A stretch of 63,772 bases of DNA, filler included, from Reclinomonas americana ATCC 50394 (Eukaryota): assembly GCA_048213135.1 (NCBI GenBank). It is 6 parts of 5 records of this genome, joined end to end, with 100 filler letters (N's around TTAATTAATTAA, not from the genome) between each part and the next. Parts side by side here need not be neighbours in the genome. Positions count along the whole stretch, not along the records: positions 1 to 22,605 come from PS015172.1; 5 more parts are not named here. One strand, given 5' to 3'. Below, one piece after another: positions 1-13,065 of the stretch; positions within the stretch are counted from its first letter, which is position 1, and every line of letters starts with the position of its first letter. The notes below the pieces were generated by a model, which was not told where the DNA came from, searched no databases, and worked only from the letters and a program-made list of their open reading frames with translations. The position numbers and the translations under genes were made by a program.

Positions 1-23
1 GAGAGAGACGTAGTCGTCGTCGT

Positions 24-70
<47 letters not shown>

Positions 71-125
71 TCCTCCTCTGTGGTGGTGGTGAAGGGTTGC
101 TCATCGCAGTTGTCTGTCATGTCAG

Positions 126-3100
126 AATCTGCGACCGCCGCTGGTGACACTGGTGGCGCGCTTCTTTGAGATGCGGCGTGAGCGCTCAGAGGCTGATGCG
201 TTTGCGGTGGCGCTGCATCGCATGTGCCAACCGGCGTCTCAGTCGACGTCGTCCACCGCTGCTGCGACTGCGGCTGCGGAGAGTGCTGCCGCCCGCTCGG
301 CCACCGTGCAGACGGCTGCTGTGGAGGCGCTGACTCGCTTGTCGACGGTGGTGGACGAGTTCCAGGCGCTGCGCAAGCTGTTTGTACAGCAGTCGGTGTT
401 GCGTCTTGTCGTGGTTGTCATGTGGAAGAAGGAGAAGAGTTGGGCGACTCATGTGTGTGTGTGTGTGTGCTGTGATGATGATGACAGTGGTGTTGCGTCT
501 GATTCAAGTTCGACGGCATCCAGTACGCGGTGAGTTCGTGTGCAGCTTCAATGACACCGACAGACAACTCACTTGCAGAATCCCTGTTTGTAGTGGCAAC
601 TCTGGTGCATCGTCGCGCAGCGCGGCTCGGTGTGTGTCGAGCGAGTGTCTCTTCGTGGACGCGTCTGCTGTCGCTCACTGAATGGGTGATTGTTGCGATG
701 CAGCGGAAACAACACAGGTGGAACCACTGTCACCATACAGACTTCGGGATCATCATCGTTGCGCTCATTTTTGACCATTGCGTCGCAACTGTTGCTCATC
801 TCCATATCCCTTGTGTTTGTTTAACCAGTGCACCGTCTAGCGTGCGGCATACGCAGTTGCGCAACAGTACGAGTGTCTACTGCTGCACGCTTTTGTGATT
901 CTCACGTGATGTTGTGCAGATCGTTGCCGCGAACGCCGTCCACTCCATCGTCGCTGTTGCGTTTTTCCCAGTCTCCCCTTACACAAGCCAGTTTATGTAT
1001 CTCTGCTGACGTGACTCTTTGCTTGTGCGACGCAGAGTCAACGATGGATACGCAACAACGTGCGTCTTGTCGATTCCCAGCTCGATTTTCACCGAATGTT
1101 GTACTCAAATCGTTGCGCAGTCCGCTGAGTGCCACCCCATCGGGATCAGCTCGATCCTTCCCGCCTCCACCACCGCCGCCACCACCGCTGCCACCACCGC
1201 CACCATTCATGTTCGGTAATGATCCGCTGGTGACGCTGCCATTGCCAGATCACATGTGAGTCGACGAGGTCGTCTCATGTCGCCCGTGCGGTCCGCTCAC
1301 TCGCGACTGTAATTGTGTGCAGTCGCTCGATTGCCAACATGCAACAAAACAGTGTCTCAATGAGGTTTTGCACGCTTGCCCACCGTGTCTGTCACCAACT
1401 CATCCGCTCTGCTGACCTCTCACCGCACACAGTTTTTCAAGCACACCGCTTCCACCACCCCCACCACTGCCCATGTCATTGTCGCAAACGTACGCTTGTT
1501 TCGACCGCGTCGAGTCTTGCGTGGACATTGTTGTGTGGCTCACTGGTCCGTTCGTTATTAGGTCATCACCGGCTCTTCGAAACACGCCACTTTCGTTGCG
1601 TCTCATCACGTTCATGTTGTACGCGCGTCTCTGTCTTCTCACTTCTTCTTGTGATTTGTCGCGCAGAACACCCCCGCCGAGCACAATGCCCGTGGTGTAC
1701 ACACCACTGCCGTCACCACACGCGAGGTGTGTGAAGTGCCATGCTTGCTGTTATTCACCCTCGTCACTCAATTGCGCGATTGTCTGAGTGCAGTCAGTTT
1801 GGTCCGGGTACCAGTGACACGCCGACCTCGCGGTCAGTGCCTGCGACTCCTCCTGCTGGGTGCGTCGTGTGCAACGCGCGCAGTGATATCTTGCCTCGGT
1901 GATGTTATTAACACACTGGTGGCATCGCAGTCTCCCGTTGCCACCGCCACTCCCACCACCACCACCGTCAACCATGTGTTCGTTGCCACTGCCGCCACCG
2001 CTGCTTCCGCCACCGCCACCGCCGCCCTCGTCGTTTTCCCCACCAGCGGTCACCTTGTTTCGTACCTTCCACCCCCCTGCCACACACTTTCATTCTTTCA
2101 TCTTGCTCACCTATCCACACTCGCAGCACGGCGGAGATGCCGGCATCGACAACCACATTGGTGACGACCTCATCGACGACCATTGATGGCTCCATTTTGA
2201 TTCGCGAGAGCAGGTGCGTGCGCCCTCTTGTTGTTGTTGCCGTCCCCGTACTGACATTCACACTTTTCCCCTCCAGTTCGATCACTGTGACAAACGAGAC
2301 TCCAAGGTACAGCCAGCTGCTCAACATGTATCTTGACTCACAAGAATCACTCACCCTCTCGTTGCAGGGAGACGGAAGAGAGCAGTCGTGCAGCCGCACA
2401 GGCGGAAGCAGATCGGTTTGTGTTGTCTCGGGAGCTCGTCGAGAGGTTGACCAGGTCATTCGTGCTCACGTGTTGTGTCGCAGATTGTTGCAGCAGCGGC
2501 GGCAAGCAGCAGCTCCCGTTCGACCAATGGTGGGACGCACAGCGAGGTGTGTGTTGCCGTGTCGCCTCCCGTCATTGCACTGTGCACGGAGGCTAATACA
2601 TGTCTGCAGCCGACCTCTGTCAGCCACAGCAGGATCAACGACAACTACGACGACAACTGTTACCCAGCCGAGGTAATTCGCTCTTCACCAGTGTTCGACT
2701 GCTGCGGTTCGTCACTCACTTGCACACAAACTAGCGGCGAGGCACCTCTATCCTCCCAACACGAGTCGTCGCCGCCACCACCGCCACCACCACAGCAGCG
2801 ACACCCCACGCCGTTTGACTCGTTTCGTGTTTTTCCGCTCGATCGCTCGCTTGCCTCTGTTTGTTGACTCGTCTCCTCCTCCTCCTATCAGAATCCTCTC
2901 GCACACGCCTCACTCGCCTCCACGAAATGCGAGTGGCGCACACCCGTCCATCGACTCACTGTTCAGGTACTCATTGTATGTGTTTCCTTTTGACACCTGT
3001 GGTCTGTGACCAACGAGATTTTCACGTCACGCAGCGCTCTGGAGCCAGGAAATGGGAGCGCCTTTGCCGAGCGTCTGGCACAGCTGATTGAAGGCACACT

Positions 3101-3829
3101 CAGCAACGACTACCACCCTGGCGGTGCGCTCTCCTGCAAATGGTCTTTCCTCCATTCTCGTTTTTCTCATCGCATCACTCGCGCAGAGCCCATTCCCGAC
3201 ACGGTTCTCGACGATTTCCTGGACATTGTGGTTGCCGAGCCGGTGGCTGAGAAGACCATCTTTGGATGTTGCGCTACGCGCGTGCTTACTCTGTGGTGCT
3301 TTCGTCGACCCTGACAGAACGGCGCCCTCGTATTTCTGTGCATGCAGTGTTCGACGAGCAACTCTTCGGTGGTGTCGACGGGGAAGATGTGGTGCGTGAG
3401 GACGACGGGAATGACGACGACGAGGAGGATTTCGACGACGGCCACATGACAGACGAGCCGACGTCGGATGGACCGGAGCCGGATCCCGAGTCGTCTCAGC
3501 CGAATGCTTCGCCAACGCTACGAAAACGCACTCGAGCCGAAGTGGAGGCCGACGAGCGGAAACTTGGCGAGGAAAAGAGCGGCGGTATATCGTGGACGGT
3601 GGACGAAAGCCCCCCGCAACGACCACGTCTGGACTTTGCTCAGCCGCCACCTCCACCACCACCTCCACCACCAGCCCCATCATCATCATCATCATCGTCG
3701 TCTGAGGCGTCGCCGCAGCTGCAGCAGATCGCTTCACAGCTGCAGGGCATGCGCAATGCCGATGTCCTCGCCTTTTTGCAGCGAAGCCGCGCCGCAACAG
3801 CAACGTCGACGTCTAGCAAGCCTTCATGA
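126..3829 (+). CDS. One or two uncharacterised multi-exon, proline-rich/acidic proteins (5'-partial)
   Basis: Coding-like segments (LTRLSTVVDEFQALRKLF; poly-Pro; VFDEQLFGGVDGEDVV...SSKPS*) separated by GT..AG intron-like stretches. No family motif recognised and exon structure not fully resolved. Confidence 0.4.
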
Positions 3830-3872
3830 CAACTCTCTGACATCTAAAAATAGTAACAACATTTGTTTAATC

Positions 3873-5042
3873 ATGTCGGGCGACGACGATGGTCGACCTC
3901 GTTTCGTGTCACAGCTGCTGGACCCCGCCGTCCGCACTGTGCTGGTGATTGGCTGCGGTGGTGGTTTCGACTTTGTGCACTCCACACTCCTCTTCCCGCT
4001 GCTGAAGAAGCACGGAAAGGCAATCGTGATTTGCAGCAACTCATTTGCCGATCTCGAGGCGCTGCATGTGGAGGGCGGTGGTGGTGGTGGCGATGATGAT
4101 GAGGGTGCACTCTTCATCCAGGACGGCGTGACCATCAAGCGGGTGACTGCGGAGACGCCGTGTGCACACAAGCATCTCTATAGTCCGGAAGTGCATCTGT
4201 GCGAGGTGCTCGACATCGAGTACCCCGACGACGCCCCCCACTCCCTGTACGCCCAGAATGCGCGGCACTTCTGCGTTCCGACGTTGCGAGCGTGGTTGCA
4301 GCGTGTGATTGCCAAGCACGCCGTCGATGCGATCTTGCTCGTCGACGGTGGCTCCGACTCGCTCATGAAGGGCGACGAGGACGGACTGGGAGATGTGATC
4401 GAAGACAGCGTGTCACTGCAGGCGGTGGCCTCGCTGCCAGACGATGTGTGCCCGGTCCGCGTGACGGTGAATGTCGGGCTCGGAGTCGATCGATACAATG
4501 GCGTCTCCGACGCGGCGTCGGTGAGTGTACTACTGCCGTGACGCTTCGAAGGCTATCTTGGCACTGAGTCGTCGATGCTTGTGCTTTTCTTCTTTCAGCT
4601 TCGCGCCGTGGCAGAACTGACCCGCGACGATGCATTCCTCGGCAGCATGAGCGTCGATCGCCGAGGCAAGGGTTTCGGATTGTACTCACGCGTTCTGGAA
4701 CACATGCACAATCGGCAATCGTTCCGCTCGGTGGTCGCCTGCTCCCTGGCGGCGTCCATTGACGGTGCATTCGGCAGCGACATGCGGCAACACCCGTTGC
4801 TGGCGGACGCCGACCGGCAGCGCCACCTCAACACGTTCATCTGGCCTCTCATGGCCATGCTGTGGGGGTTCGATGTTCGCGGCGTGGCGGCGCGCTCCCT
4901 GGTCACTCAGTGGATCACTGATTGCACCGATGTGCGATCGTGCCACTCCACACTCTACGCCAAACGCAAGACGCTGCGGGAGACTCGCGGCGTCGAAGAG
5001 CTGCCACGCCACGCCGACTTTGGATCCTCGTCGGATTGGTGA
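3873..5042 (+). CDS. DUF1152-family protein (2 exons; intron 4521-4598)
   Basis: Motifs VLVIGCGGGFDF and ILLVDGGSDSLMKGDEDGLG resemble DUF1152. A GTGAGT..TTTCAG intron joins the frames (DAAS|LRAVAEL). AATAAA follows at about 5055. Confidence 0.75.
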
Positions 5043-5249
5043 GCAACGAATTTCAATAAACAGTGCGCTGACCGACAATCCACTTGACGGCAGCCGATAT
5101 GCGCTCCGCTGCGGCTCGCATCTCCACGTGTGTCAGTGGGTGGTGCGTCACCACTCGGAATGCTCTGGTGCTGCCGCCGAGCGGGCTGATCAGAACTCCA
5201 ACTGCAGCCGAGGCCCGTGCCAGTTCGTCGACCGAGAACGGTGCCTGGG

Positions 5250-5288
<39 letters not shown>

Positions 5289-6119
5289 TCGTCGTCTACG
5301 ACGTCTACTAGTCGACCACACTACTACTAGTCGACCTACGTCGACCTAACGTTGTCGACTTAAATTTAGTTCGNNNNNNNNNNNNNNNNNNNNNNNNNNN
5401 NNNNNNNNNNNNNNNNNNNNNNNNNNNNNNNNNNNNNNNNNNNNNNNNNNNNNNNNNNNNNNNNNNNNNNNNNNNNNNNNNNNNNNNNNNNNNNNNNNNN
5501 NNNNNNNNNNNNNNNNNNNNNNNNNNNNNNNNNNNNNNNNNNNNNNNNNNNNNNNNNNNNNNNNNNNNNNNNNNNNNNNNNNNNNNNNNNNNNNNNNNNN
5601 NNNNNNNNNNNNNNNNNNNNNNNNNNNNNNNNNNNNNNNNNNNNNNNNNNNNNNNNNNNNNNNNNNNNNNNNNNNNNNNNNNNNNNNNNNNNNNNNNNNN
5701 NNNNNNNNNNNNNNNNNNNNNNNNNNNNNNNNNNNNNNNNNNNNNNNNNNNNNNNNNNNNNNNNNNNNNNNNNNNNNNNNNNNNNNNNNNNNNNNNNNNN
5801 NNNNNNNNNNNNNNNNNNNNNNNNNNNNNNNNNNNNNNNNNNNNNNNNNNNNNNNNNNNNNNNNNNNNNNNNNNNNNNNNNNNNNNNNNNNNNNNNNNNN
5901 NNNNNNNNNNNNNNNNNNNNNNNNNNNNNNNNNNNNNNNNNNNNNNNNNNNNNNNNNNNNNNNNNNNNNNNNNNNNNNNNNNNCGTCCGACGGGACGTCG
6001 ACGTACACGAACTACCGAACCTACGCGACGCCGACGGCCGTCGCGACGTCGTCGACGAGACGGTAGCGTGGGAGGAGGAGAGAGAGAGAGAGAGAGAGAG
6101 AGGACAGAAGCTGCTTCAG

Positions 6120-7613
6120 CTCATGCACACATCTATGCACTGCAACTGTGCATATTGCTGTTAAAACGCAACAGCATCTGCCACTCGGAAAAACACAATG
6201 TTGGTGGGCACACCGCCGGCTGTTGACAGCAATGCATCGTGAGCTCAACAGAGAGAGGAGAAAGAGAGAGCGACGTGCATGGACAACTCACGTGGAATGT
6301 GCTCTAGGAAGGGAATCATGGTCAGTAGCTTGGTCAACAGACGAGCATTCTCGTGATCCTCCTCCAGCCTCCACGTCTGCGAGAACACATGCACTGGTTG
6401 AGAAGGCACGGTCACAGATAGCCACGACGCCGCAGTGGATCCAAACCATTTGTCGCAAAGCCAGCAAACCGGCAGCAGCCAGGATGCCGGCCTGTCGCAT
6501 GCCACCACCGAGCGACTTGCGCACACGCCGCGCCTCGTAGATGAAGTCACGCGAGCCGACCACCACAGATCCCACAGGCGCACAGAGGCCTTTGGAGAGA
6601 CACAACGACACCGAGTCGGCACCGGCGGTCACCACGTGCACCGGCAGACCTGCAAAAAAACAGGATGAATCAACTAATTGTTGCAACAGTCCTCCTGCGC
6701 CCAGTGACCACGCACGAAGTGCGACAGCTGCGTTGAAGATGCGAGCGCCATCAATGTGGAACTTGAGTTGGTACTTTCGACACAGCTTCGCCACCTCCGC
6801 CGTGTACTCCACCGGCACCGCGACGCCACCGACGCCGGCCTGCAGAATCGAGTCCGTAAGCCCATCATTCCGCCCCCCATGTCCCCCCGTTCGCACGACG
6901 CAACATGCGTGGTCTCGACCGTCACCAGCGACGTGCGCGGACAGTGCGGATCGTCGTCACGGATCGCTTCGACAATGTCGGGCAGTGGCATAGTTCCGTC
7001 ACGTCGCACGTCAATCGGCCACGGATGCACACTGTGCGCCACCAGTCACCTACACAGCGAGAAACACACTGCAGCATTCCATGGACACCGAAGAAACGCA
7101 CCCGCCAAAGGCCGCAGCACTGCCGCCTTCCCATCGATAGATGTGCGACTGCCGACCGACAATCATCTCATCGCCACGTCGACAGTGCGCCAGCACAGAA
7201 CACACGTTTCCCATGGTCCCCGAGGGCACAAACAGACCAGCCTCCTTTCCCAGCATCTCCGCCGCTGCAGTTGCACGCATCAGCGACGCACTCAGACGGC
7301 GATCGGAATGCAAGAATTTACCGAGAGCCTCCAACTCATTCACCGTGGGATCCTCGCCGTACACATCATCGCCTGACACACACACACACACATTGAGAGT
7401 CTGACTCACTGTGCTCACTCACTCGCACAAGCAGCGCGCACCCACAGCTGCTGCGGCCATTGCACGTCGCATTTCCACTGTCGGCACTGTCACCGTGTCA
7501 CTGCGCAAGTCAATTATACTATTGGCAACACTGCTGCTGCTGCTGCTGCCACCTGCCGCAGTGGCAGCTGTGTACTGCCACCGCCGACCACACACTCTCC
7601 ACAGAGACAACAT
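6120..7613 (-). CDS. ltaE: Low-specificity L-threonine aldolase (PLP enzyme) with probable N-terminal targeting peptide; 3' end uncertain near gap
   Basis: Spliced motifs [81 protein letters not shown]. Confidence 0.93.
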
Positions 7614-7664
7614 CGCAGTCACTGTGTCCTGCGCGCGTGTGTGTGTGTCAGTGAGTGAGTGGCC

Positions 7665-10600
7665 ATGAGCGCAAGTGAAGCCGGTCCCTCTGTGCTGCCA
7701 GTGGAGCAGCACATGGACGAGGTGTTGGCCTCGGTGCGTGCGCGACGAGTGACGTGCATTCGAGGCGAGACTGGTTGCGGCAAGTCGTCGGTGGTGCCGC
7801 GACTCTTGTTGCAAGACTGGGATGCTGGTGTGCGCGCGCTTGCGAGTCTCCACTGTGGTGCCAGTAGAATGACATTGTGTGGAACAGGTGGCAATCGTCG
7901 TCGTGCCAACATCATCGTGACACAGCCGCGACGCATGGCTGCGGTGTCGTTGGCGCGACGAGTGGCTTCGCAGCTGGGCGAGGAGATTGGAGAGCGAGTT
8001 GCGCGTTGTGCGAATTGAGGGTAGGAAGGGAGTTGTCTCCTCTCTGAGCGTTTTCTCGGCAGGTTGGCTATTGCATCTCGCGCGAACGCGAGGTGGGCGA
8101 GCGCACGCAGCTTACGTTTGCCACTGTGGGCTGGTTCCTCCAGTTCCTCAGCCACCAGCCGCGCAATGTCGACAACTACACGCATGTGGTGTTGGACGAG
8201 GTCCACGAACGCGACTGCGATGCCGATCTGCTCAGTATGTTGTTGAAGGTGCGTCGGTGTTTTGCGTGTGTGTCTGTGTGATGGTGGCGCCAACTGACTG
8301 CATTGTGATGCGTGTCAGGTGTTGTTGCAGGAGCACAAGAAGGTTAAGCTGATCATCATGTCGGCCACGCTGCAGGGCGACCTGTTTTCGCAGTACTTTG
8401 CCGAGCTAAATGCGGACGGTGGGTGCGAGAGAGTTGACGGGAAGCGATGCGCGGCGTGCATTGTCTGTGCTGACAGCTGGGCACACCACACGCACATGCA
8501 CACAGGGAAACCATCGCCGGCAGTGTTTGTCGGCGTGCAGCGGTACCCGGTGCAGGAGTTGTTTGTCGAGGACTTGGCGGGTGTGATCCCGCGCTTTGGT
8601 GGACAGGGTCGTCGACTCGCACAGAATGTGGGCGACATGTTTAGTGGAGGCCGGGCACCCGCAGGCGCCGAAACCGCGGTCTCTGCCGCTGCTTCTGCCG
8701 CCGGCTCATCATCCCGAGTGGTCTGTGCAGTGCTTGCTGAATGATTCGTTGCGCTCAATCTCCACCTTCTCATCATTTGGCGCAGCGAGCCGACATTTTC
8801 CCTGCCACGTACCAGTTGGCGGTGCACACGATTGCGTGCGTGTCGCAGTCACAGACCAGCATTTTGGTGTTTCTTCCCGGTTCCGCAGAGATCCTGCAGC
8901 TGCAGACGGCACTGGAGGACTCGTTTGTGGGACTCTATGTGTCGGAGACGGGCGTGCAGTTGGAGGTGATTGCGACTCGCCGTGTGGAGTGCACACTGTG
9001 CATTAACTAAACTCGTGTTTCGCAGCTGCTGGTACTGCATTCGATGGTCTCGCGCGAGGACCAGGATCGCGCATTCGAGGAGGTTCCTGCCGGCTGCTGC
9101 AAAGTCATCCTGGCCACCAACATTGCCGAGAGCAGCATCACCCTTCCCGACGTCAGCTACGTTCTTGATTTTGGCTTGCATCGACACGTCGTGGTGAGTG
9201 TGTGATCGGTCGGTGCCCTCAGGTCTCACCAGGGTCGTGAGCTCACGCTCCACTCCACTCCACAGGTGGATCGCGAGAGGAAACACATGGCATGCTTGGT
9301 GAGCCGGCTTCCTTTCGCACATCATTTGTCACCCGCAGTTGCTCACTCAGTAGTGGTGCAGATCAAAACCTGGTGCAGTCGTGCATCCATGACGCAACGC
9401 AAGGGCCGTACTGGTCGACTGGCACCCGGTTCCTGTGTGCGCTTCATGACGCGGCAGTTTTTCGAGGAGTGCCTCACAGATTTTGATACGTTGTGTATTT
9501 TGCGCACCGCACTACCCATCACGCCATCCACCGTGCATCTCACAGTTGGCCGCGCAGTGCGGAGATGATTCGAGTGCCGCTGCAGCAGATTGTGCTGCGC
9601 GTGATGCTGCTGTTCCGGGCATTCGGCTCGCTCAAGTCGCTGCTTGCGCAAACGGTGGAGAGCCCACTGCCAGAGGACGTCGATTTTGCGCTGCGCGAGT
9701 TGTATCACGAGGGGGCCATCACGTCGGCCACCGAGGAGGCGCGAGTGACGTTGCGTATTATGCCGCATGCTCGCAGTCACTTTCTCTCTCTCTTTCTCAC
9801 TGGTGGTGCAGTGTGTTGGGCGAATTGGCGGCGCGCTTGCCAGTGGATTTGCAATTGTCGAAACTCGTTCTGCTTGGTCTCGCCATGGGCTGCGAGTGCG
9901 ATGCGGTGCGTTTTCACTGGCTGGCGTGCACGTCTCAATCCACCACTGGATACTCACTCGTGTGCTTGTGCGCAGCTGTGCATGGCCGCCGCACTGGCGT
10001 CGCAGGATTTGTTTCTGCAGCCATCGGCCCATTTCCTGGACCCGTACTCGCTGGCGCGGGAGATGGAGGCCAATCTGAAGAGTCGGATGCGATTCGACGG
10101 AGGCGTGTACAGCGAGGTGCAGTGCTCGTTGCAATGTGTTGGCCACGCTTGTTGATACGACCCTCTATAACTTGGAGGCCTCGCAGCCCATCATGTACCG
10201 CAACTTGTTGCGCTCATGGCTCGCCTCACCGCGCAGTCGTGCTTGGGCTCGCGACCGTTCCGTGTCGTTTGAGCGCATCAGCAACTGTCACTCTCTGGTG
10301 GCCGACATGGCCAACACACTTCTCACGTTCCTTCGAGAGCAACTACGGTCGGCGTCCGCCAGTGCCGCGTCTGCATCCTTCGAGATGCTGGAGGTGCTGT
10401 CCAAGCCGCCTCGTCGCAGCGGCGGTGGCGGTGGTGGCGGTGGTGGGGACAGTGACAGGCCGGCCACCAAGTTGTCCTTCCAGAACAATCCGATGGTGTT
10501 GCAGTTGCTGCTGGCCAGTGCCTTTTCGCCGTTTTTCGTGCACGGCAGAGTGCGCCGAGATGCAAAACTGGAGCGACTGGTGCGCGCGCGTGTGTGTGTG

Positions 10601-12779
10601 TGTGCCCTTCTCGCGTCGCCCTTTGATGAATTGCACACTCACAAAAGGTGTTTTCGTGCAGGCGTTGGAGGCCGGAATCGATCCGTCACGCACCATCAGC
10701 TGCGGGAGAGTACCCAAGTCACTACGCGATCCGCCAACGTACTTGGCCGCTCTCGAACGCATGAATGTTGTCTTCAACCAGGCCATCCCCGTTCGCGGTG
10801 ATGTGATGGTCTCCGAGTGCGCTGAACTGGCCGACGAGGCTGCTCTGTGGGGCGAATACGCTGACGCAGCAGGTGGCAGCAGCGCGAGCGGTCGGCGATC
10901 GGCAGCGTCGTTGCGTCTGCGAACTGAACGCGTGCCTGTCGCCAGTGTGGCTGTTACTTACCGCGAGCATGCACGGCACAGTGGCCTGGTGGAGCCCGTA
11001 GTACAAGACGTGCCGTTCTCTGGCAAGCTGTTGCGACAGCTGTTGGGTGGTCGCGGTGGGCGTCTGGAGCTGCCAGGTGGCCGCCGAGTTGTCGGCGATG
11101 ACGTTGCGTGCTGCCTGTGCAACACACGAGTCGTTTGTGTGCACGATGAATTCAAGATTTGCCTGCGTGTATGCGTGTGCGTGAGTNNNNNNNNNNNNNN
11201 NNNNNNNNNNNNNNNNNNNNNNNNNNNNNNNNNNNNNNNNNNNNNNNNNNNNNNNNNNNNNNNNNNNNNNNNNNNNNNNNNNNNNNNNNNNNNNNNNNNN
11301 NNNNNNNNNNNNNNNNNNNNNNNNNNNNNNNNNNNNNNNNNNNNNNNNNNNNNNNNNNNNNNNNNNNNNNNNNNNNNNNNNNNNNNNNNNNNNNNNNNNN
11401 NNNNNNNNNNNNNNNNNNNNNNNNNNNNNNNNNNNNNNNNNNNNNNNNNNNNNNNNNNNNNNNNNNNNNNNNNNNNNNNNNNNNNNNNNNNNNNNNNNNN
11501 NNNNNNNNNNNNNNNNNNNNNNNNNNNNNNNNNNNNNNNNNNNNNNNNNNNNNNNNNNNNNNNNNNNNNNNNNNNNNNNNNNNNNNNNNNNNNNNNNNNN
11601 NNNNNNNNNNNNNNNNNNNNNNNNNNNNNNNNNNNNNNNNNNNNNNNNNNNNNNNNNNNNNNNNNNNNNNNNNNNNNNNNNNNNNNNNNNNNNNNNNNNN
11701 NNNNNNNNNNNNNNNNNNNNNNNNNNNNNNNNNNNNNNNNNNNNNNNNNNNNNNNNNNNNNNNNNNNNNNNNNNNNNNNNNNNNNNNNNNNNNNNNNNNN
11801 NNNNNNNNNNNNNNNNNNNNNNNNNNNNNNNNNNNNNNNNNNNNNNNNNNNNNNNNNNNNNNNNNNNNNNNNNNNNNNNNNNNNNNNNNNNNNNNNNNNN
11901 NNNNNNNNNNNNNNNNNNNNNNNNNNNNNNNNNNNNNNNNNNNNNNNNNNNNNNNNNNNNNNNNNNNNNNNNNNNNNNNNNNNNNGCATGGTGGGTGAAC
12001 CGGTGTGTTGCTGGCAGATCACTGTAAGCGAGCGCACAATAACGCAGCATCATGTGACGGTGACACTCGGCAACGGGTCCGTTGCCGGCAAGGGCGACGG
12101 AAAGCCATACGGTGAGTGGCAGTCACTGATCGGTACAGGCGAGGCGCTTCTCCTTGACTCATCGTGCTTGTCAGCGGCGTTGCGCGAGGCCCTGGCCATG
12201 GCCATCACGTTCATCAAAGAGGGTGCCGACGCCGTCAACTTGCAGCTGCCGGCGGCCAATGGCACTGGTGAGACGCGAGTGGACCGTTTGCGCCTGTGTG
12301 GCGCCTCGTCCAAGTTCTCGGGCAAGCGGCCGAGCAAGGCGCTGAATGCCAAGATTCAGGAGATGCGAGCTGCGGATCGAGCGGAGCGTGACGCGGCCGA
12401 GGACGAGCGTATTCGGGCGGAGGAGGCGCAGCTGAATGCGCTGGTGCAGCAGAACAACCTCGGTGCTCTGCAAATCACCCCGTCCATGATAGAGGAGGGC
12501 AAGTGGCGAGTCACCATTGTGGTCGGCTTTGGGCGAGTGCTGGCCAAGACCGAGGGTCGCAAGATGCAGGCACGTGCTGCGGCCGTCCGCGAAGCCATTG
12601 CGGCTGTACGCAACGGTGGTGCGCCGCCACGTCCGCCATCTGCCAAGCCCAAGAAGCCGGCGGTGGACGACGATGACGAAGGCGATAGCAAGGCCAGCAG
12701 TAAGGGCAAGAAGGGCAACGCACCAGCAGCCGACAAGTCGGCAGCAGCGGGCGACGCCAGCAAAAAGAAGCGCAAGTAG
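7665..12779 (+). CDS. DEAH/RHA-family DExH RNA helicase, TDRD9/Spindle-E-like, with possible C-terminal dsRBD; multi-exon, internal gap
   Basis: GETGCGKS, TQPRRMAAVSLA, VLDEVHER, MSAT, LVFLPG, ATNIAESSIT, QRKGRTGR and an HA2-like LGELAARLPVDLQLSKLVLLG segment, joined by GT-AG introns. Confidence 0.9.
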
Positions 12780-13065
12780 AGTGGAGGATCCATCGTGTCA
12801 TAAACCTCTCTGTTTAACAGCACCTATCGTGCAAGACAAGCCCAAAGCACACACACACATACACAAATCACAAAACGAAAAAATCAAAACACACACACAC
12901 ACACACACACGCACAGCGTGACACCGATTTCACACACATACACATGCGAGCGGCTGTCAAAGCACATGCGACACGTGAGAGGACGCAAAGGAAAGAGAAG
13001 ACACTGCTGCGACATTCTGAACAGGAGAAAAAATGCAAGCGACAGGACAAAAAAGAGAAACAACA

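Noticed and set aside
5287-6070. Odd GTCGAC/TACG-rich sequence flanking the gap (similar at 1-30 and 61965-62051)
   Set aside because: It occurs right after (GA)n runs at contig ends and looks like degraded read tails (TACG flow-order noise), not a repeat or element.
9483-12779. Very long ORFs in the ORF track (1098, 669, 570 aa)
   Set aside because: They are inflated by N runs and by read-through of stop-free introns.
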